From Candidatus Planktophila sp. (GTDB taxonomy: Bacteria; Actinomycetota; Actinomycetes; Nanopelagicales; Nanopelagicaceae), in assembly GCA_021741905.1 (NCBI GenBank), contig JAIOWZ010000004.1, positions 258 through 64,257 on the forward strand: a DNA stretch of 64,000 nt, written 5' to 3'. Position 1 is the stretch's first letter. Each line of letters starts with the position of its first letter. Of this stretch, positions 43,882 to 54,362 are shown one piece after another. The notes beneath the pieces are model-generated. The model saw nothing but the letters and a program-made list of their open reading frames with translations, did no database searches and was not told the origin of the DNA. A program made the position numbers and the translations under genes.

Positions 43882-44361
43882 TTATTTCCCCGCTACTCGA
43901 TCTTTAAGTGCTTCATTAACCGATGGTGGAACCATTGTTGAAACGTCACCGTTGTAATGAGCAAGCTCTTTTACAAGAGATGATGACAAGAATGAATGGG
44001 CAGGCGATGTTGCCATAAACATTGTTTCAACACCTGATCCCTGCAGATTTACTTGAGCCATCTGCAATTCGTAGTCAAAGTCAGTAACCGCTCTCAAACC
44101 TTTAACGATGGCTTGGATTGAATTGCTCTTGCAATAATCAACAAGTAGTCCGCTCCATGAATCCACTGAAACATTAGGAAACTTTGTTGTCACTTCTTGA
44201 ATCATCCCAATACGTTCAGCAACGGTGAAAAGACTTGATTTGGTGCGATTTTCAAGAACAGCCACAACTACGTATTCAAACTGCTGGGCCGCACGCTCAA
44301 TGATGTCTAAGTGCCCATATGTGATGGGATCAAAGGATCCTGGGCATACGGCGCGCTTCAT
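43882..44361 (-). CDS. coaD: Phosphopantetheine adenylyltransferase
   Basis: PGSFDPITYGH, KGLRAVTDFDYE, SSSLVKE. Confidence 0.97.
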   Translation of the reverse strand: MKRAVCPGSFDPITYGHLDIIERAAQQFEYVVVAVLENRTKSSLFTVAERIGMIQEVTTKFPNVSVDSWSGLLVDYCKSNSIQAIVKGLRAVTDFDYELQMAQVNLQGSGVETMFMATSPAHSFLSSSLVKELAHYNGDVSTMVPPSVNEALKDRVAGK

Positions 44362-44400
44362 GTGTCAAACGCTAGCAATACTGAGCCCAGTTATCCATTC

Positions 44401-44970
44401 TTACGGCTGGTAATTGGCGTAATAAATGGTCGCCTGACCATATTTTCGCTCACGCGCAGGGATAAAAGCATCTGGCCATATAAATTGAGCCGCGCGCGCT
44501 GTGCGCTCTACTGCAATAAATGCATCAGGGCTTAGAAATTCGTAGTCATGCAAAGCACTCAAAACATCTTCAACAGCTTGATTAGAAAAGTCATACGGCG
44601 GATCAATATAAACAAGATGATATTTATCTTTAGGTGCATCCTTTAGAAACCGCTCAGCGCTCATCCCATACACATGAAAACTTCCCGTTGGATTGGATTT
44701 CTTGACTATTTCAAAGTTGGTTTCAATAGTTTTTTGTGCTTCATCATCTTTTTCAACTACGTGAACAGATGTTGCCCCTCTAGACAATGATTCCAATCCA
44801 ATTGCACCAGATCCACCAAATAGATCTAAAACATGTAGGCCTTCAAAGGTTCCAAACTCAGATGTCAATGAAGAGAAGAGTCCTTCGCGGGCTCGATCAG
44901 ATGTTGGTCTAGTGGCTCCTGCAACCGCGCCAAGTGTTCGGCCTTTTGCAACCCCGGCAATAATTCTCAA
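44401..44970 (-). CDS. rsmD: 16S rRNA m2G966 methyltransferase
   Basis: RIIAG, TRPTSDRARE, LDLFGGSG, DPPY; start moved to TTG 44970. Confidence 0.93.
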   Translation of the reverse strand: MRIIAGVAKGRTLGAVAGATRPTSDRAREGLFSSLTSEFGTFEGLHVLDLFGGSGAIGLESLSRGATSVHVVEKDDEAQKTIETNFEIVKKSNPTGSFHVYGMSAERFLKDAPKDKYHLVYIDPPYDFSNQAVEDVLSALHDYEFLSPDAFIAVERTARAAQFIWPDAFIPARERKYGQATIYYANYQP

Positions 44971-44974
44971 TTGA

Positions 44975-47146
44975 TTAACCCTTATCCAAATAGTCAACGG
45001 CTTGATCGCGCTGTAGCTGTGCAAGTTCAGCCCTGAGTGCAGGATAGTCTGATAAATCATTATCTGTAGCAATCAATGATTCCGCATCCTCACGGGCCTG
45101 CTCAATTAACCCTTCATCCCGTAAAACTCGGAGCAATCGCAAATGAGATTGAGTTCCAGATTGACTGGCTCCAAGCACATCTCCTTCTCTGCGTTGCTCA
45201 AGATCTATTCGAGACAACTCGAATCCATCTACCGTGCCGGCAACAGCATTTAATCTCTCACGAGCAGGTGTTTCTTCTTCGCACTGAGTCACCAGCAGAC
45301 AGAGCCCAGGTGAGGTTCCGCGACCGACACGACCGCGCAACTGATGAAGTTGTGAAACACCAAAACGATCCGCATCCATAATCACCATGATCGTTGCATT
45401 GGCGACATCAACACCAACTTCAATAACCGTTGTTGAAACCAAGACATCGATATCACCCTTGGTAAAAGCTTGCATTGTTGTGTCTTTTTCATCAGCAGAT
45501 AGGCGTCCGTGCAGAATAGCCAGTTTTAACCCTTTTAAGGGACCCGCATGTAGTGAAGGTGCTAACTCTTCGACAGATGTAATCTCAGATGACTCTTCTC
45601 CAAATAAGAAATCAATGTCAGCGTTTGCATCAGAATCAGCGCTAATGCGAGGTGCCACGATGTATGCCTGATGACCTTGCGCAACCTCTTCACTGATCCT
45701 TTGCCAGGCTCTGTCTAAAAAGCCTGGCTTCTCTTTTACCGGTACAACATGGGTAGTAATCGGTTGTCGACCTAAAGGTAGCTCGCGCAATGTTGAAACA
45801 TCTAGATCGCCAAAGACAGTCATAGCAACTGTTCGCGGAATCGGAGTTGCTGTCATAACAAGTAGGTGTGGAGGCAGCACTGCTTTTTCTTTCAAGGCAT
45901 CGCGCTGTTCAACACCGAAGCGATGTTGCTCATCGACAACAATTAAACCCAAATCTTTAAACTCAACTTTTTCACCAAGCAATGCGTGCGTACCAATTAC
46001 GATCCCGGCAGCGCCAGTTGCAGCCAGAGCCAATGCTTCTTTTCGAGCCGCAGCACTTTGTGAACCTGTAATCAAAGTTACTTGTGTCGCTTTTTCAGAA
46101 CCACCGAGCATTCCACCTTGACCTAATTCGCCCAGTAATTTCTGAATAGTCCGCAGATGCTGAGCAGCCAAAACTTCAGTTGGTGCAAGCAGGGCCGCCT
46201 GTCCACCACTATCGACAACTGCCAACATCGCTCGCACAGCAACAATAGTTTTACCCGAACCAACTTCGCCCTGTAATAAGCGGTGCATTGGGTGTGGTTG
46301 GGCAAGATCTGATTCAATCTCTTTACATACCGCTTTCTGACCTGCTGTTAATTCAAAGGGCAGAGTTACGTCAAATGCATCTAGTAAACCGCCGCTGATG
46401 CGCTTTCTAGAGGTTGAATTCAACTTCTTCAATTCAATTCTACGCATGACCAACAAAGATTGAAGAAGGAAGGCTTCATCAAAGGTCAAACGCTCTCGTG
46501 CGAGTTCGGCATGATCTAAATCTGCTGGTTGATGCAACTGGACTAACGCTTGATGTAGCGAAGGATAATTATGTTTCTCGCGAATTGAAGACGGTAAGAA
46601 ATCTTGAATTTCCTCAAGTGAGCCAATTGCAAGTTGTGCGCATTGGGAAATCTTCCACGATGGCATTTTGGCTGAAGCGGGATACACAGGAAGATACTTG
46701 CCGGCAAAACCTTCGACAGCGCTATCAACATCTGAACCATCAGGAATCATTTCGTAATCTGGGTGAGATAACTGTTTCTTATTATTAAACACCCCAACTT
46801 TTCCTGCAAACAATCCTTGTCGTCCAACCTTCAAGTCTTTTTCTCGCCAGGCTTGATTAAAAAATGTTAGCGATAACTTGTCAGTTCCATCTGTGACAAC
46901 AACTTCAAGCATGCTTCCCTTGCGTCCACGCATGGGCCTAGTTGATGCTGAGTACACCTGCGCCAGAATTGTTGTCTCATCGCCCTCATGCAGAGCGGAA
47001 ATATCTGAAAGCTCACCACGCACCATGTACCGGCGTGGGTAATGGCGCATGAGATCCCCAATGCTCTTAATCCCAAAAGTGGTTTCAAGTACTTTGGCGG
47101 TGCGGTCACCTACGACCGCCGAAACCTTGTTCTCTAGTTGTGCCAC
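44975..47146 (-). CDS. recG: ATP-dependent DNA helicase RecG
   Basis: QGEVGSGKT, DEQHRFG, MTATPIPRT, QLHQLRGRVGR. Confidence 0.97.
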   Translation of the reverse strand: MAQLENKVSAVVGDRTAKVLETTFGIKSIGDLMRHYPRRYMVRGELSDISALHEGDETTILAQVYSASTRPMRGRKGSMLEVVVTDGTDKLSLTFFNQAWREKDLKVGRQGLFAGKVGVFNNKKQLSHPDYEMIPDGSDVDSAVEGFAGKYLPVYPASAKMPSWKISQCAQLAIGSLEEIQDFLPSSIREKHNYPSLHQALVQLHQPADLDHAELARERLTFDEAFLLQSLLVMRRIELKKLNSTSRKRISGGLLDAFDVTLPFELTAGQKAVCKEIESDLAQPHPMHRLLQGEVGSGKTIVAVRAMLAVVDSGGQAALLAPTEVLAAQHLRTIQKLLGELGQGGMLGGSEKATQVTLITGSQSAAARKEALALAATGAAGIVIGTHALLGEKVEFKDLGLIVVDEQHRFGVEQRDALKEKAVLPPHLLVMTATPIPRTVAMTVFGDLDVSTLRELPLGRQPITTHVVPVKEKPGFLDRAWQRISEEVAQGHQAYIVAPRISADSDANADIDFLFGEESSEITSVEELAPSLHAGPLKGLKLAILHGRLSADEKDTTMQAFTKGDIDVLVSTTVIEVGVDVANATIMVIMDADRFGVSQLHQLRGRVGRGTSPGLCLLVTQCEEETPARERLNAVAGTVDGFELSRIDLEQRREGDVLGASQSGTQSHLRLLRVLRDEGLIEQAREDAESLIATDNDLSDYPALRAELAQLQRDQAVDYLDKG

Positions 47147-47281
47147 ACGGGCATTCTCTCCCTAAATCCATTGAAATCCGGGCAACAAGCGGGAATTGGC
47201 ATTGAACCCCGCCTACGGGGTACCCTTACGCTCTGTTCCCATTGGAACCAGATCTATAGAAAAGTTAAAAGGAGTACCGCT

Positions 47282-47467
47282 GTGGCATCAACATGCGATA
47301 TCTGTGGCAAAGGGCCCAGCTTCGGAAACAATGTTTCTCACTCACAGGTTAAGACCCGTCGCCGTTGGAATCCAAACATTCAGCGCGTTCGCACACTTGT
47401 TGCGGGAACACCAAAGCGCCAGAACGTGTGTACCTCATGCCTCAAGGCCGGAAAAGTAATTCGTTAA
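47282..47467 (+). CDS. rpmB: 50S ribosomal protein L28 (Zn-binding type)
   Basis: GTG 47282 after AGGAG; CDICGK...SHS...RRWNPNIQ...CTSCLK. Confidence 0.95.
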   Translation: MASTCDICGKGPSFGNNVSHSQVKTRRRWNPNIQRVRTLVAGTPKRQNVCTSCLKAGKVIR

Positions 47468-47473
47468 TATTTG

Positions 47474-48394
47474 TTAATTGAAATGGCGCCAGGTATCTGG
47501 CGCTTTTTTCATTTCTGCTCCCAGAACTCCAGAGCCGGCAATTACCTCCCCAACGCAGAAACCATCTAAGTCATTTCCTGTTGCTAGAAATACATGATCC
47601 TCGCCACCAGCAAAAATCCACTGCCACACATCTACATCCTGGCTATCGGCTAATTCCTTTAATGTAACAAACTCAGGATGTTGGGCAAGTAACTCTTGGT
47701 CAAATTTTAGAGCAACACCAGATGCCTGTGCTAATTGTTCAGCTTGAATAATCAGTGCATCACTCACATCACACATCGAATGCGCTTTTTTATTTGAAAA
47801 TTGAATCGCCGAAGCATAATCAAGTGTGGGTGCGCTGTATTCAGAAACAGCATGAACAGCCAGATCATCATCTAAATCTTTTTCAATTATTAAAAGCCCA
47901 GCTGCAGACCACCCCGGCAAAGTTGAAATATAGATTGAATCTCCTACCTGGGCGCCTGAACGAGTTATTGGAGTATCAACTTCTCCAATTGCTGTCATTG
48001 AAATAACAATGCATGGCCCCTTGGCTAAATCACCACCTACGACAAATGCCCCACAACTTCTTGCTTCATGTGCAATGCCTTCTGCGAGCTCTTCAATCCA
48101 CTCCATGCTCTCTTGACCGGTAAGAGTTACTGCAGCTACTAGGTATTTTGGTGTACCGCCCATCGCATAGACATCTGCCAAGTTTGCAGCTGCTATCTTG
48201 CGACCAATATCAAAGGCGCTACTCCACTTGGTTGAAAAATGTGTACCTTCTACCGCCATATCGGTTGTGATAACAGTTTGATCAGTTGTCGCAACTACTG
48301 CCGCATCATCACCGATTCCTACTTCGACCCCTCGATGCGTCAGGCCAAAAATGCGTGCCAAAGCAGAAATTACGCCCGCCTCATCGAAGTTCAT
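47474..48394 (-). CDS. thiL: Thiamine-monophosphate kinase
   Basis: GIGDDAA, NLADVYAMGG, GGD, DVSD, GGEDH, C-terminal WRHF. Confidence 0.95.
   Translation of the reverse strand: MNFDEAGVISALARIFGLTHRGVEVGIGDDAAVVATTDQTVITTDMAVEGTHFSTKWSSAFDIGRKIAAANLADVYAMGGTPKYLVAAVTLTGQESMEWIEELAEGIAHEARSCGAFVVGGDLAKGPCIVISMTAIGEVDTPITRSGAQVGDSIYISTLPGWSAAGLLIIEKDLDDDLAVHAVSEYSAPTLDYASAIQFSNKKAHSMCDVSDALIIQAEQLAQASGVALKFDQELLAQHPEFVTLKELADSQDVDVWQWIFAGGEDHVFLATGNDLDGFCVGEVIAGSGVLGAEMKKAPDTWRHFN
47485..47509 (+). terminator. Probable intrinsic terminator of rpmB, inside the 3' end of thiL
   Basis: GCGCCAG-GTAT-CTGGCGC followed by TTTTTT. Confidence 0.65.
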
Positions 48395-48470
48395 ACCACC
48401 TAGCCTAATCGACTAGAGAGTAGGGCAGGTTCTACGGTAGCGTTTGAACCTCGAAGCGAAAGGACCTCAC

Positions 48471-48710
48471 ATGTCAGTACAAGCTTTCATTCTGATTCAA
48501 ACTGAAGTTGGCAAAGCAACAGGAGTAGCCGATGCAGTTGCAAAGATTCCTGGGGTCACACTCTCTGAAGGTGTCACAGGTCCATATGATGTAATCATGC
48601 GCGCTGAAGCTTCAAGCATGGAAGATTTTGGTCGACTTGTACTATCAAAGGTTCAAGGCGTTCCAGGTATTACTCGCACATTGACCTGCCCCGTAACACA
48701 CCTCAGCTAA
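48471..48710 (+). CDS. Lrp/AsnC ligand-binding (RAM) domain protein
   Basis: VQAFILIQTEVGK, VTGPYDVI, GITRTLTCPV; no HTH. Confidence 0.9.
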   Translation: MSVQAFILIQTEVGKATGVADAVAKIPGVTLSEGVTGPYDVIMRAEASSMEDFGRLVLSKVQGVPGITRTLTCPVTHLS

Positions 48711-48720
48711 TACAAGAGGT

Positions 48721-49749
48721 CTAAGAGGACAGCGCAGTATCTATAAGCGCTGAAATCAATTCTGTATAGGTTACGCCTGAAGCTTGCCATAATTTTGGAT
48801 ATACCGATGTGCCTGTAAATCCAGGCATAGTGTTAACTTCATTGATAATAATTTCCCCGTCATGTGTATAAAAGAAATCACAACGAGCTAGACCAGAACA
48901 TCCCAAGACATGAAATGCCGCGACAGCCAAGCGCCGAATTTCATCTGAAGCAGCGTCTGGAATATCTGCAGGTATTTTTACGGTTGTAGCGTCATCGAGG
49001 TATTTGGCCTCAAAATCATAAAACTCAAATTTTGGATCAACAACGATCTCGCCAACAGTAGAAGCGTCAACTTTGCCATCTCGCTCTAAAACTGCGCATT
49101 CAATTTCTCGGCCATTAATGGCAGTTTCAATCAAGACCTTGGTATCAAAGAGAAATGCATCGTTAAGCGCTGACTCCAAACCTGTGGCACTTTTTACTTT
49201 ATGAGTTCCCCGGCTTGAGCCTCCGCTAGAAGGTTTTACAAATACTGGATAACTCAATGAATCCGTTGCGCTTTGCCAATCCTGCTGTGTAACTGCAACT
49301 CCATCTGCAACTTTCATTCCACTAGAGGCAAAGAGCAGCTTTGCAACCGCCTTATCCATTGCTTGTACTGAGGCACTCACACCACTGCCAACATAGGCAA
49401 GCTCTGCTTCATCTAATAAATTTTGGATCTTTCCATCCTCACCATATTCACCGTGTAAAACAGGAAAAACGCAATCAATGTCTAAGAATTCTCCATCAAT
49501 TGAAAGTCCTGCCGAACTCAATTCGATGTGCTGCCCGTTATCTTCGATGACAGGCATTTTTTTATTGATGATCTCTAATTGATAATCACTGGGCAGAGCC
49601 ACCCATGTGCCTGATTTAGTAATTCCAATTAATACGGGATCAAAGCGTTCTTTGTCCAAGCCTTTGAGAACACCTCCTGCTGACACACACGACACCTCGT
49701 GCTCGCTGCTGGGGCCACCGCAAATAATTGCGATTGTTTGCTTACTCAC
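48721..49749 (-). CDS. ddl: D-alanine--D-alanine ligase
   Basis: GGPSSEHEVS, LHGEYGEDG, FYDFEAKY, NEVNTMPGFT. Confidence 0.96.
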   Translation of the reverse strand: MSKQTIAIICGGPSSEHEVSCVSAGGVLKGLDKERFDPVLIGITKSGTWVALPSDYQLEIINKKMPVIEDNGQHIELSSAGLSIDGEFLDIDCVFPVLHGEYGEDGKIQNLLDEAELAYVGSGVSASVQAMDKAVAKLLFASSGMKVADGVAVTQQDWQSATDSLSYPVFVKPSSGGSSRGTHKVKSATGLESALNDAFLFDTKVLIETAINGREIECAVLERDGKVDASTVGEIVVDPKFEFYDFEAKYLDDATTVKIPADIPDAASDEIRRLAVAAFHVLGCSGLARCDFFYTHDGEIIINEVNTMPGFTGTSVYPKLWQASGVTYTELISALIDTALSS

Positions 49750-50747
49750 CTAATAAAGTTTTCTGCTTTAGTAGTTATCTCCATCAACCGATCTAAGGCC
49801 TGTGTTGGAGTAATTGACCCGGTAACAACATCTGCCACAGCTTCAATGACTGGCACTTCAACGCCTACACGGTGAGCTATTTCCAGAATTGCGCTAGATG
49901 AAGCCACGCCTTCAACGGTTTTTGCGACCTCTGTGCGAGCAACATCCATTGAGCCACTCCGCCCAAGTACTTCTCCAAAAGTTCGATTGCGAGACAAGGC
50001 AGAACCACAGCTAGCAACAAGATCTCCCATACCGGCCAAACCTGCAGCACTCAATGGATCTGCGTTATGAGCTGCACACAACCGTGCCACCTCATTGAGT
50101 CCACGTGTAATCAACATCGCCTGCGTGTTTTCACCAAAACCGAGACCGATAGAAATACCAACTGCAAGTGCAATCACACTCTTGATAGAACCAGCTAATT
50201 CACATCCCAAAACATCAACTGATGTGTAGACACGGTAATACGGTGTCGCAAAGAGTTGTTGCACCTTTTCAGCTAAAGCACTTGTTGACGCAGCAGCGAC
50301 CGCACCTGCAGGCTGGCGCTTGATGAGCTCATAAGCAAGGTTGGGGCCAGTAATTATCGCGATATTTTCCGTCTCCATTACATCATGGATAATTTCCGTC
50401 ATTCGAGACATCGTGCTTACTTCAATGCCCTTCAATGAACTCACATAGATTGCACCTGGTTGGACTAAAGGCTTCCAACTCATTAAATTCTGACGCAAAG
50501 TCTGTGCTGGAACGGCCAATACATAAATATTTGAATAATCAAATGCCTCTTGAATATCACTAGTTGCTTTCAGCCCAACTGGAAGCGCGTTGTCATCTAA
50601 ATAGTATCTATTGGTGTGTTTAGTGTTGATCTCATCGACGACTTCTTGATTGCGGCCCCAAATCAGCACATGGTTACCGGCATCGCACAAAACCTGCGCA
50701 AGGGTGCTTCCCCATTGCCCTGCACCTAGAACTACTACTTTGCTCAC
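49746..50747 (-). CDS. gpsA: NAD(P)H-dependent glycerol-3-phosphate dehydrogenase
   Basis: LGAGQWG, KGIE, GPNLA, GLAGMGDL, SRNR. Confidence 0.95.
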   Translation of the reverse strand: MSKVVVLGAGQWGSTLAQVLCDAGNHVLIWGRNQEVVDEINTKHTNRYYLDDNALPVGLKATSDIQEAFDYSNIYVLAVPAQTLRQNLMSWKPLVQPGAIYVSSLKGIEVSTMSRMTEIIHDVMETENIAIITGPNLAYELIKRQPAGAVAAASTSALAEKVQQLFATPYYRVYTSVDVLGCELAGSIKSVIALAVGISIGLGFGENTQAMLITRGLNEVARLCAAHNADPLSAAGLAGMGDLVASCGSALSRNRTFGEVLGRSGSMDVARTEVAKTVEGVASSSAILEIAHRVGVEVPVIEAVADVVTGSITPTQALDRLMEITTKAENFIR

Positions 50748-51526
50748 TTTTTCTTTTCCTTCTTGAAATTACCGATGCGCGGTAAATTTGATGTGTGCGG
50801 ATCAAATATTTCCACGGGCCGCTTTTCTCCACGAAGTTCTTCCAAAAGATTCGTCAACTCACGCATTATGAAAGCTGTAGCTTCTCTTAAAGCCTCAGGA
50901 TCATTTTCTTTTCCATACCAGGGTGATAAATCCAGCGGCTGTCCAACTAACAGTTTGATGGGAGTACGGGGAAAAACTTTTATTTTCTTCTCATATGTTG
51001 GCATGACAATCTGTGAACCCCATTGGGCGATAGGAACGATCGGAGTGCGTGTAGCAATTGCCAATCTCGCCAGTCCGGTTTTTGCAACCATGGGCCAGCC
51101 ATGTGCATCTCTGGTCAATGTTCCCTCCGGATAAACACCAACACAATGCCCAAGCTCTAACAGTCGAACCGCATGATCCAAGGCTTTAGATGCATCCTTG
51201 CTTTCGCGGGCAACTGGAACCATGCCCGCCGCAAGGACAAATCTTCCAATGACTGGAACTTTGAAAACTCCTTCTTTACCTATGTAACGAGGAGCGCGGC
51301 CATTTCTATATAAAAAGTGGGTAAGAAATAAGACATCTAAATATGAAACATGGTTGCTGGCGACTATAACCTTGCCACTCTTAGGGATATTTTCTCCGCC
51401 ACGCCATACTTTTTTAGCCACGAGGTTCATTAGTGGAATAACTACCTTGGTCCCAATCTTAAAAGCAAGATTGGTGCCCAGCGGACTCCCTTGGGGCGGA
51501 GCAAATGAAATCTTGAACTCCGTCAT
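50744..51526 (-). CDS. Lysophospholipid acyltransferase (PlsC family)
   Basis: NHVSYLD, YPEGTLTRD, AQWG. Confidence 0.9.
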   Translation of the reverse strand: MTEFKISFAPPQGSPLGTNLAFKIGTKVVIPLMNLVAKKVWRGGENIPKSGKVIVASNHVSYLDVLFLTHFLYRNGRAPRYIGKEGVFKVPVIGRFVLAAGMVPVARESKDASKALDHAVRLLELGHCVGVYPEGTLTRDAHGWPMVAKTGLARLAIATRTPIVPIAQWGSQIVMPTYEKKIKVFPRTPIKLLVGQPLDLSPWYGKENDPEALREATAFIMRELTNLLEELRGEKRPVEIFDPHTSNLPRIGNFKKEKKK

Positions 51527-51552
51527 GTGCTCAATAATAGTCCGTTACATGC

Positions 51553-51587
51553 AAAAGCGGGGCTAGCCTTAGCCAGCCCCGCTCTTT
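51553..51587 (-). terminator. Intrinsic terminator downstream of hup
   Basis: Minus strand AGCGGGGCTGGC-TAAG-GCTAGCCCCGCT followed by TTT. Confidence 0.8.
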
Positions 51588-51599
51588 AAAGCACAAGAA

Positions 51600-52061
51600 T
51601 TACTTCTTCTTAGCCTTCTTTACAACCTTCTTCGCTGCTGGCTTCTTCTTTGCAGGAGACTTCTTAGCAACCTTCTTAGTTGTCTTCTTGACAACCTTCT
51701 TTGCTGCCTTCTTTGGTGCCGCCTTCTTAGCAGCTGGCTTAGCAACTACCTTTGGCTCTGGCTTTGGTGCTGGAGCAAGCTTGCGATCTCCGGCAATAAC
51801 TTCCTTAAGCGCCTTTGCAGGTAGGAAGCGAGCCTTCTTTGAGGCCTTGATCTTGATTGTCTCGCCAGTAAATGGGTTACGTCCCATACGTGCCTTGCGA
51901 TCAACCTTCTTGAACTTACCGAAATCGTTGATCATTACATCTTCGCCCTTTGAAAGGTTACGAATGATTGTGTCAAAAACGATATCTACAGCGTGTGCTG
52001 CTTCCTTCTTGCTGTCGTTGAAGTGTGGTGCCAACGCCGCAATGAATTGGGCCTTATTCAT
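51600..52061 (-). CDS. hup: HU-family DNA-binding protein with Lys/Ala-rich histone-H1-like tail
   Basis: MNKAQ, FGKF, ARMGRNPFTGE; PAAKK/KKAAKK tail. Confidence 0.93.
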   Translation of the reverse strand: MNKAQFIAALAPHFNDSKKEAAHAVDIVFDTIIRNLSKGEDVMINDFGKFKKVDRKARMGRNPFTGETIKIKASKKARFLPAKALKEVIAGDRKLAPAPKPEPKVVAKPAAKKAAPKKAAKKVVKKTTKKVAKKSPAKKKPAAKKVVKKAKKK

Positions 52062-52297
52062 TGAATTCCCCTTATTTACGCGTAAATGTTAGGCAACTGC
52101 TTAACATGTTCATAAACTTACGCGCATACAAGGGGTGATGAGGTTATTGATATGCGCGTGTCGCAGTTTTTATTTTCACGAGAATTATCAAAAATCGCAT
52201 TTTTTATGCGTAGAAAACTCTAAATACGAGATTGAGGGTTAAGAGCACTCTCATTCACCCCTGCTCAAAACCTGCGTTTTACGCTTGTTTTTAACCC

Positions 52298-52897
52298 TTA
52301 TGAACGAATTGGAAGAGTAGTTGGCTTGTATTCAGCGCGGTTTTTCTCGAAAGAATCAATGGAATCAGTCTGCTTTAGGGTCAAACCGATGTCATCCAAT
52401 CCTTCCATTAAACGCCAGCGGGTGTAATCATCGATTTCAAACCCTAAGCTTTTTGAACCATAGTTAACTGTGCGAGTTTCAAGATCTACCGTAATTGAAG
52501 TTGTTGGGTCTGCTTCCACAGCCGTCCACATCGCTTCCACCTCATCTTGTTCCAAAATGATTGTCAGCAAACCACCCTTGAGGGAATTGCCTCGGAAGAT
52601 GTCTGCAAAGCGGCTGGATATAACTACTTTAAAGCCATAGTTCTGCAACGCCCATACGGCGTGCTCACGAGATGAGCCTGTTCCAAAATCAGCTCCTGCA
52701 ATAAGAACTGTGCCGTGCTTGTATGCATCCTTGTTCAAAACAAACTCTGGATCATTGCGCCAAGCAGCAAATAGACCATCCTCAAAACCACTGCGGGTTA
52801 CTCGCTTTAAATAAACAGCAGGAATAATTTGATCTGTATCAACATTGCTGCGGCGAAGCGGGACTCCGGTGCCAGTGTGCTTAATAAATTTTTCCAT
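52298..52897 (-). CDS. leuD: 3-isopropylmalate dehydratase small subunit
   Basis: [32 protein letters not shown]. Confidence 0.97.
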   Translation of the reverse strand: MEKFIKHTGTGVPLRRSNVDTDQIIPAVYLKRVTRSGFEDGLFAAWRNDPEFVLNKDAYKHGTVLIAGADFGTGSSREHAVWALQNYGFKVVISSRFADIFRGNSLKGGLLTIILEQDEVEAMWTAVEADPTTSITVDLETRTVNYGSKSLGFEIDDYTRWRLMEGLDDIGLTLKQTDSIDSFEKNRAEYKPTTLPIRS

Positions 52898-52909
52898 GGT
52901 GTTGGCTCC

Positions 52910-54307
52910 CTATAGATCCGCAGGTGATGAGAGAGTTCCACGCAGCGCCGTTGCAGCTGCAACTAGTGGACTCACAAGGTGTGTGCGACCACCCTTGCCC
53001 TGTCGACCTTCAAAGTTACGGTTAGAAGTAGATGCAGAACGCTCTCCGACTGCAAGTTGATCTGGGTTCATTCCAAGACACATGGAACATCCTGCATTGC
53101 GCCATTCAGCACCTGCATCAAGAAATACCTTATCCAGGCCTTCTGCTTCTGCTTCTAGGCGAACACGGGCAGAGCCAGGAACTACCAACATACGCAACGT
53201 TGATGCGATTTTCTTCCCCTTCAACACATCTGCTGCTGCTCGCAAATCTTCAATTCGACCATTTGTGCATGACCCCAAGAAAACAGTGTCAATGGCTATC
53301 TTTTTAAGGGGCATTCCAGCCTCAAGACCCATATAAACAAGTGCACGTTCTGCTGCGGTGCGTGCTTCCGTGTCTGCGATATCTGCAGGGTTTGGAACCA
53401 CAGAATTGAGCGGCAAACCCTGTCCTGGGTTAGTTCCCCATGTGACAAAGGGCTCTAGCTCATTGGCATTGAGATTTACTTCAACGTCAAATTTCGCATC
53501 TGGATCTGTAAATAGTGTTGACCAGTAAGCAAGCGCTGCCTCAAAATCTTCAGGTGCGTGTGGCTTACCCTTGATGTAATCAAAAGTTATTTGATCGGGG
53601 GCGATTAATCCGGCTCTAGCTCCTGCTTCAATAGACATGTTACAAACTGTCATGCGTGATTCCATTGACAGGGCGCGGATTGCAGTGCCTCGGTATTCAA
53701 TGACATATCCCTGGCCACCGCCCGTACCAATTTTTGCAATGATCGCAAGAATTATGTCTTTTGATGTCACACCTGGCTGCAAGGATCCCTCAACATTTAT
53801 CGCCATGGTCTTTGGTCGCTGCAGCGGCAAAGTCTGTGTTGCCAAAACATGTTCAACTTCAGAGGTGCCAATACCAAAGGCAAGTGCACCAAATGCTCCA
53901 TGAGTAGAAGTGTGCGAATCTCCGCACACAATTGTCATGCCGGGTTGCGTAACTCCTAGCTGGGGTCCAACGACGTGCACAACGCCCTGGTCCTTATCTC
54001 CCAGCGAGTGGATGCGAAGGCCAAACTCTTTACAGTTTGCCCGCAAAGTATCGACCTGCAACTTCGAGACTGGATCTGCAATTGGTTTATCAATATTTAG
54101 TGTTGGAACATTGTGATCTTCTGTTGCAATTGTTAGATCCGGACGACGAACTGGGCGTCCTGCAAGGCGCAGACCATCAAATGCTTGTGGGCTAGTTACT
54201 TCATGGATTAAATGTAGATCGATGTAAATCAGATCTGGTTCACCTTGTGCAGCACGAACAACATGCTCTGCCCAAATTTTCTCCGCTAGCGTTATACCCA
54301 CAGTCAT
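52910..54307 (-). CDS. leuC: 3-isopropylmalate dehydratase large subunit
   Basis: [30 protein letters not shown]; ATG 54307 after GGAGG. Confidence 0.97.
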   Translation of the reverse strand: MTVGITLAEKIWAEHVVRAAQGEPDLIYIDLHLIHEVTSPQAFDGLRLAGRPVRRPDLTIATEDHNVPTLNIDKPIADPVSKLQVDTLRANCKEFGLRIHSLGDKDQGVVHVVGPQLGVTQPGMTIVCGDSHTSTHGAFGALAFGIGTSEVEHVLATQTLPLQRPKTMAINVEGSLQPGVTSKDIILAIIAKIGTGGGQGYVIEYRGTAIRALSMESRMTVCNMSIEAGARAGLIAPDQITFDYIKGKPHAPEDFEAALAYWSTLFTDPDAKFDVEVNLNANELEPFVTWGTNPGQGLPLNSVVPNPADIADTEARTAAERALVYMGLEAGMPLKKIAIDTVFLGSCTNGRIEDLRAAADVLKGKKIASTLRMLVVPGSARVRLEAEAEGLDKVFLDAGAEWRNAGCSMCLGMNPDQLAVGERSASTSNRNFEGRQGKGGRTHLVSPLVAAATALRGTLSSPADL

Positions 54308-54333
54308 TGCCTCCTTGCTCAACTAGTTTGCGT

Positions 54334-54348
54334 ATCACATCTTGAGAT
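54334..54348. promoter_or_regulatory. Putative IclR operator between leuC and its regulator
   Basis: Near-palindrome ATCACA-TCT-TGAGAT in the short divergent spacer. Confidence 0.45.
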
Positions 54349-54362
54349 GTTAATATCACCCT

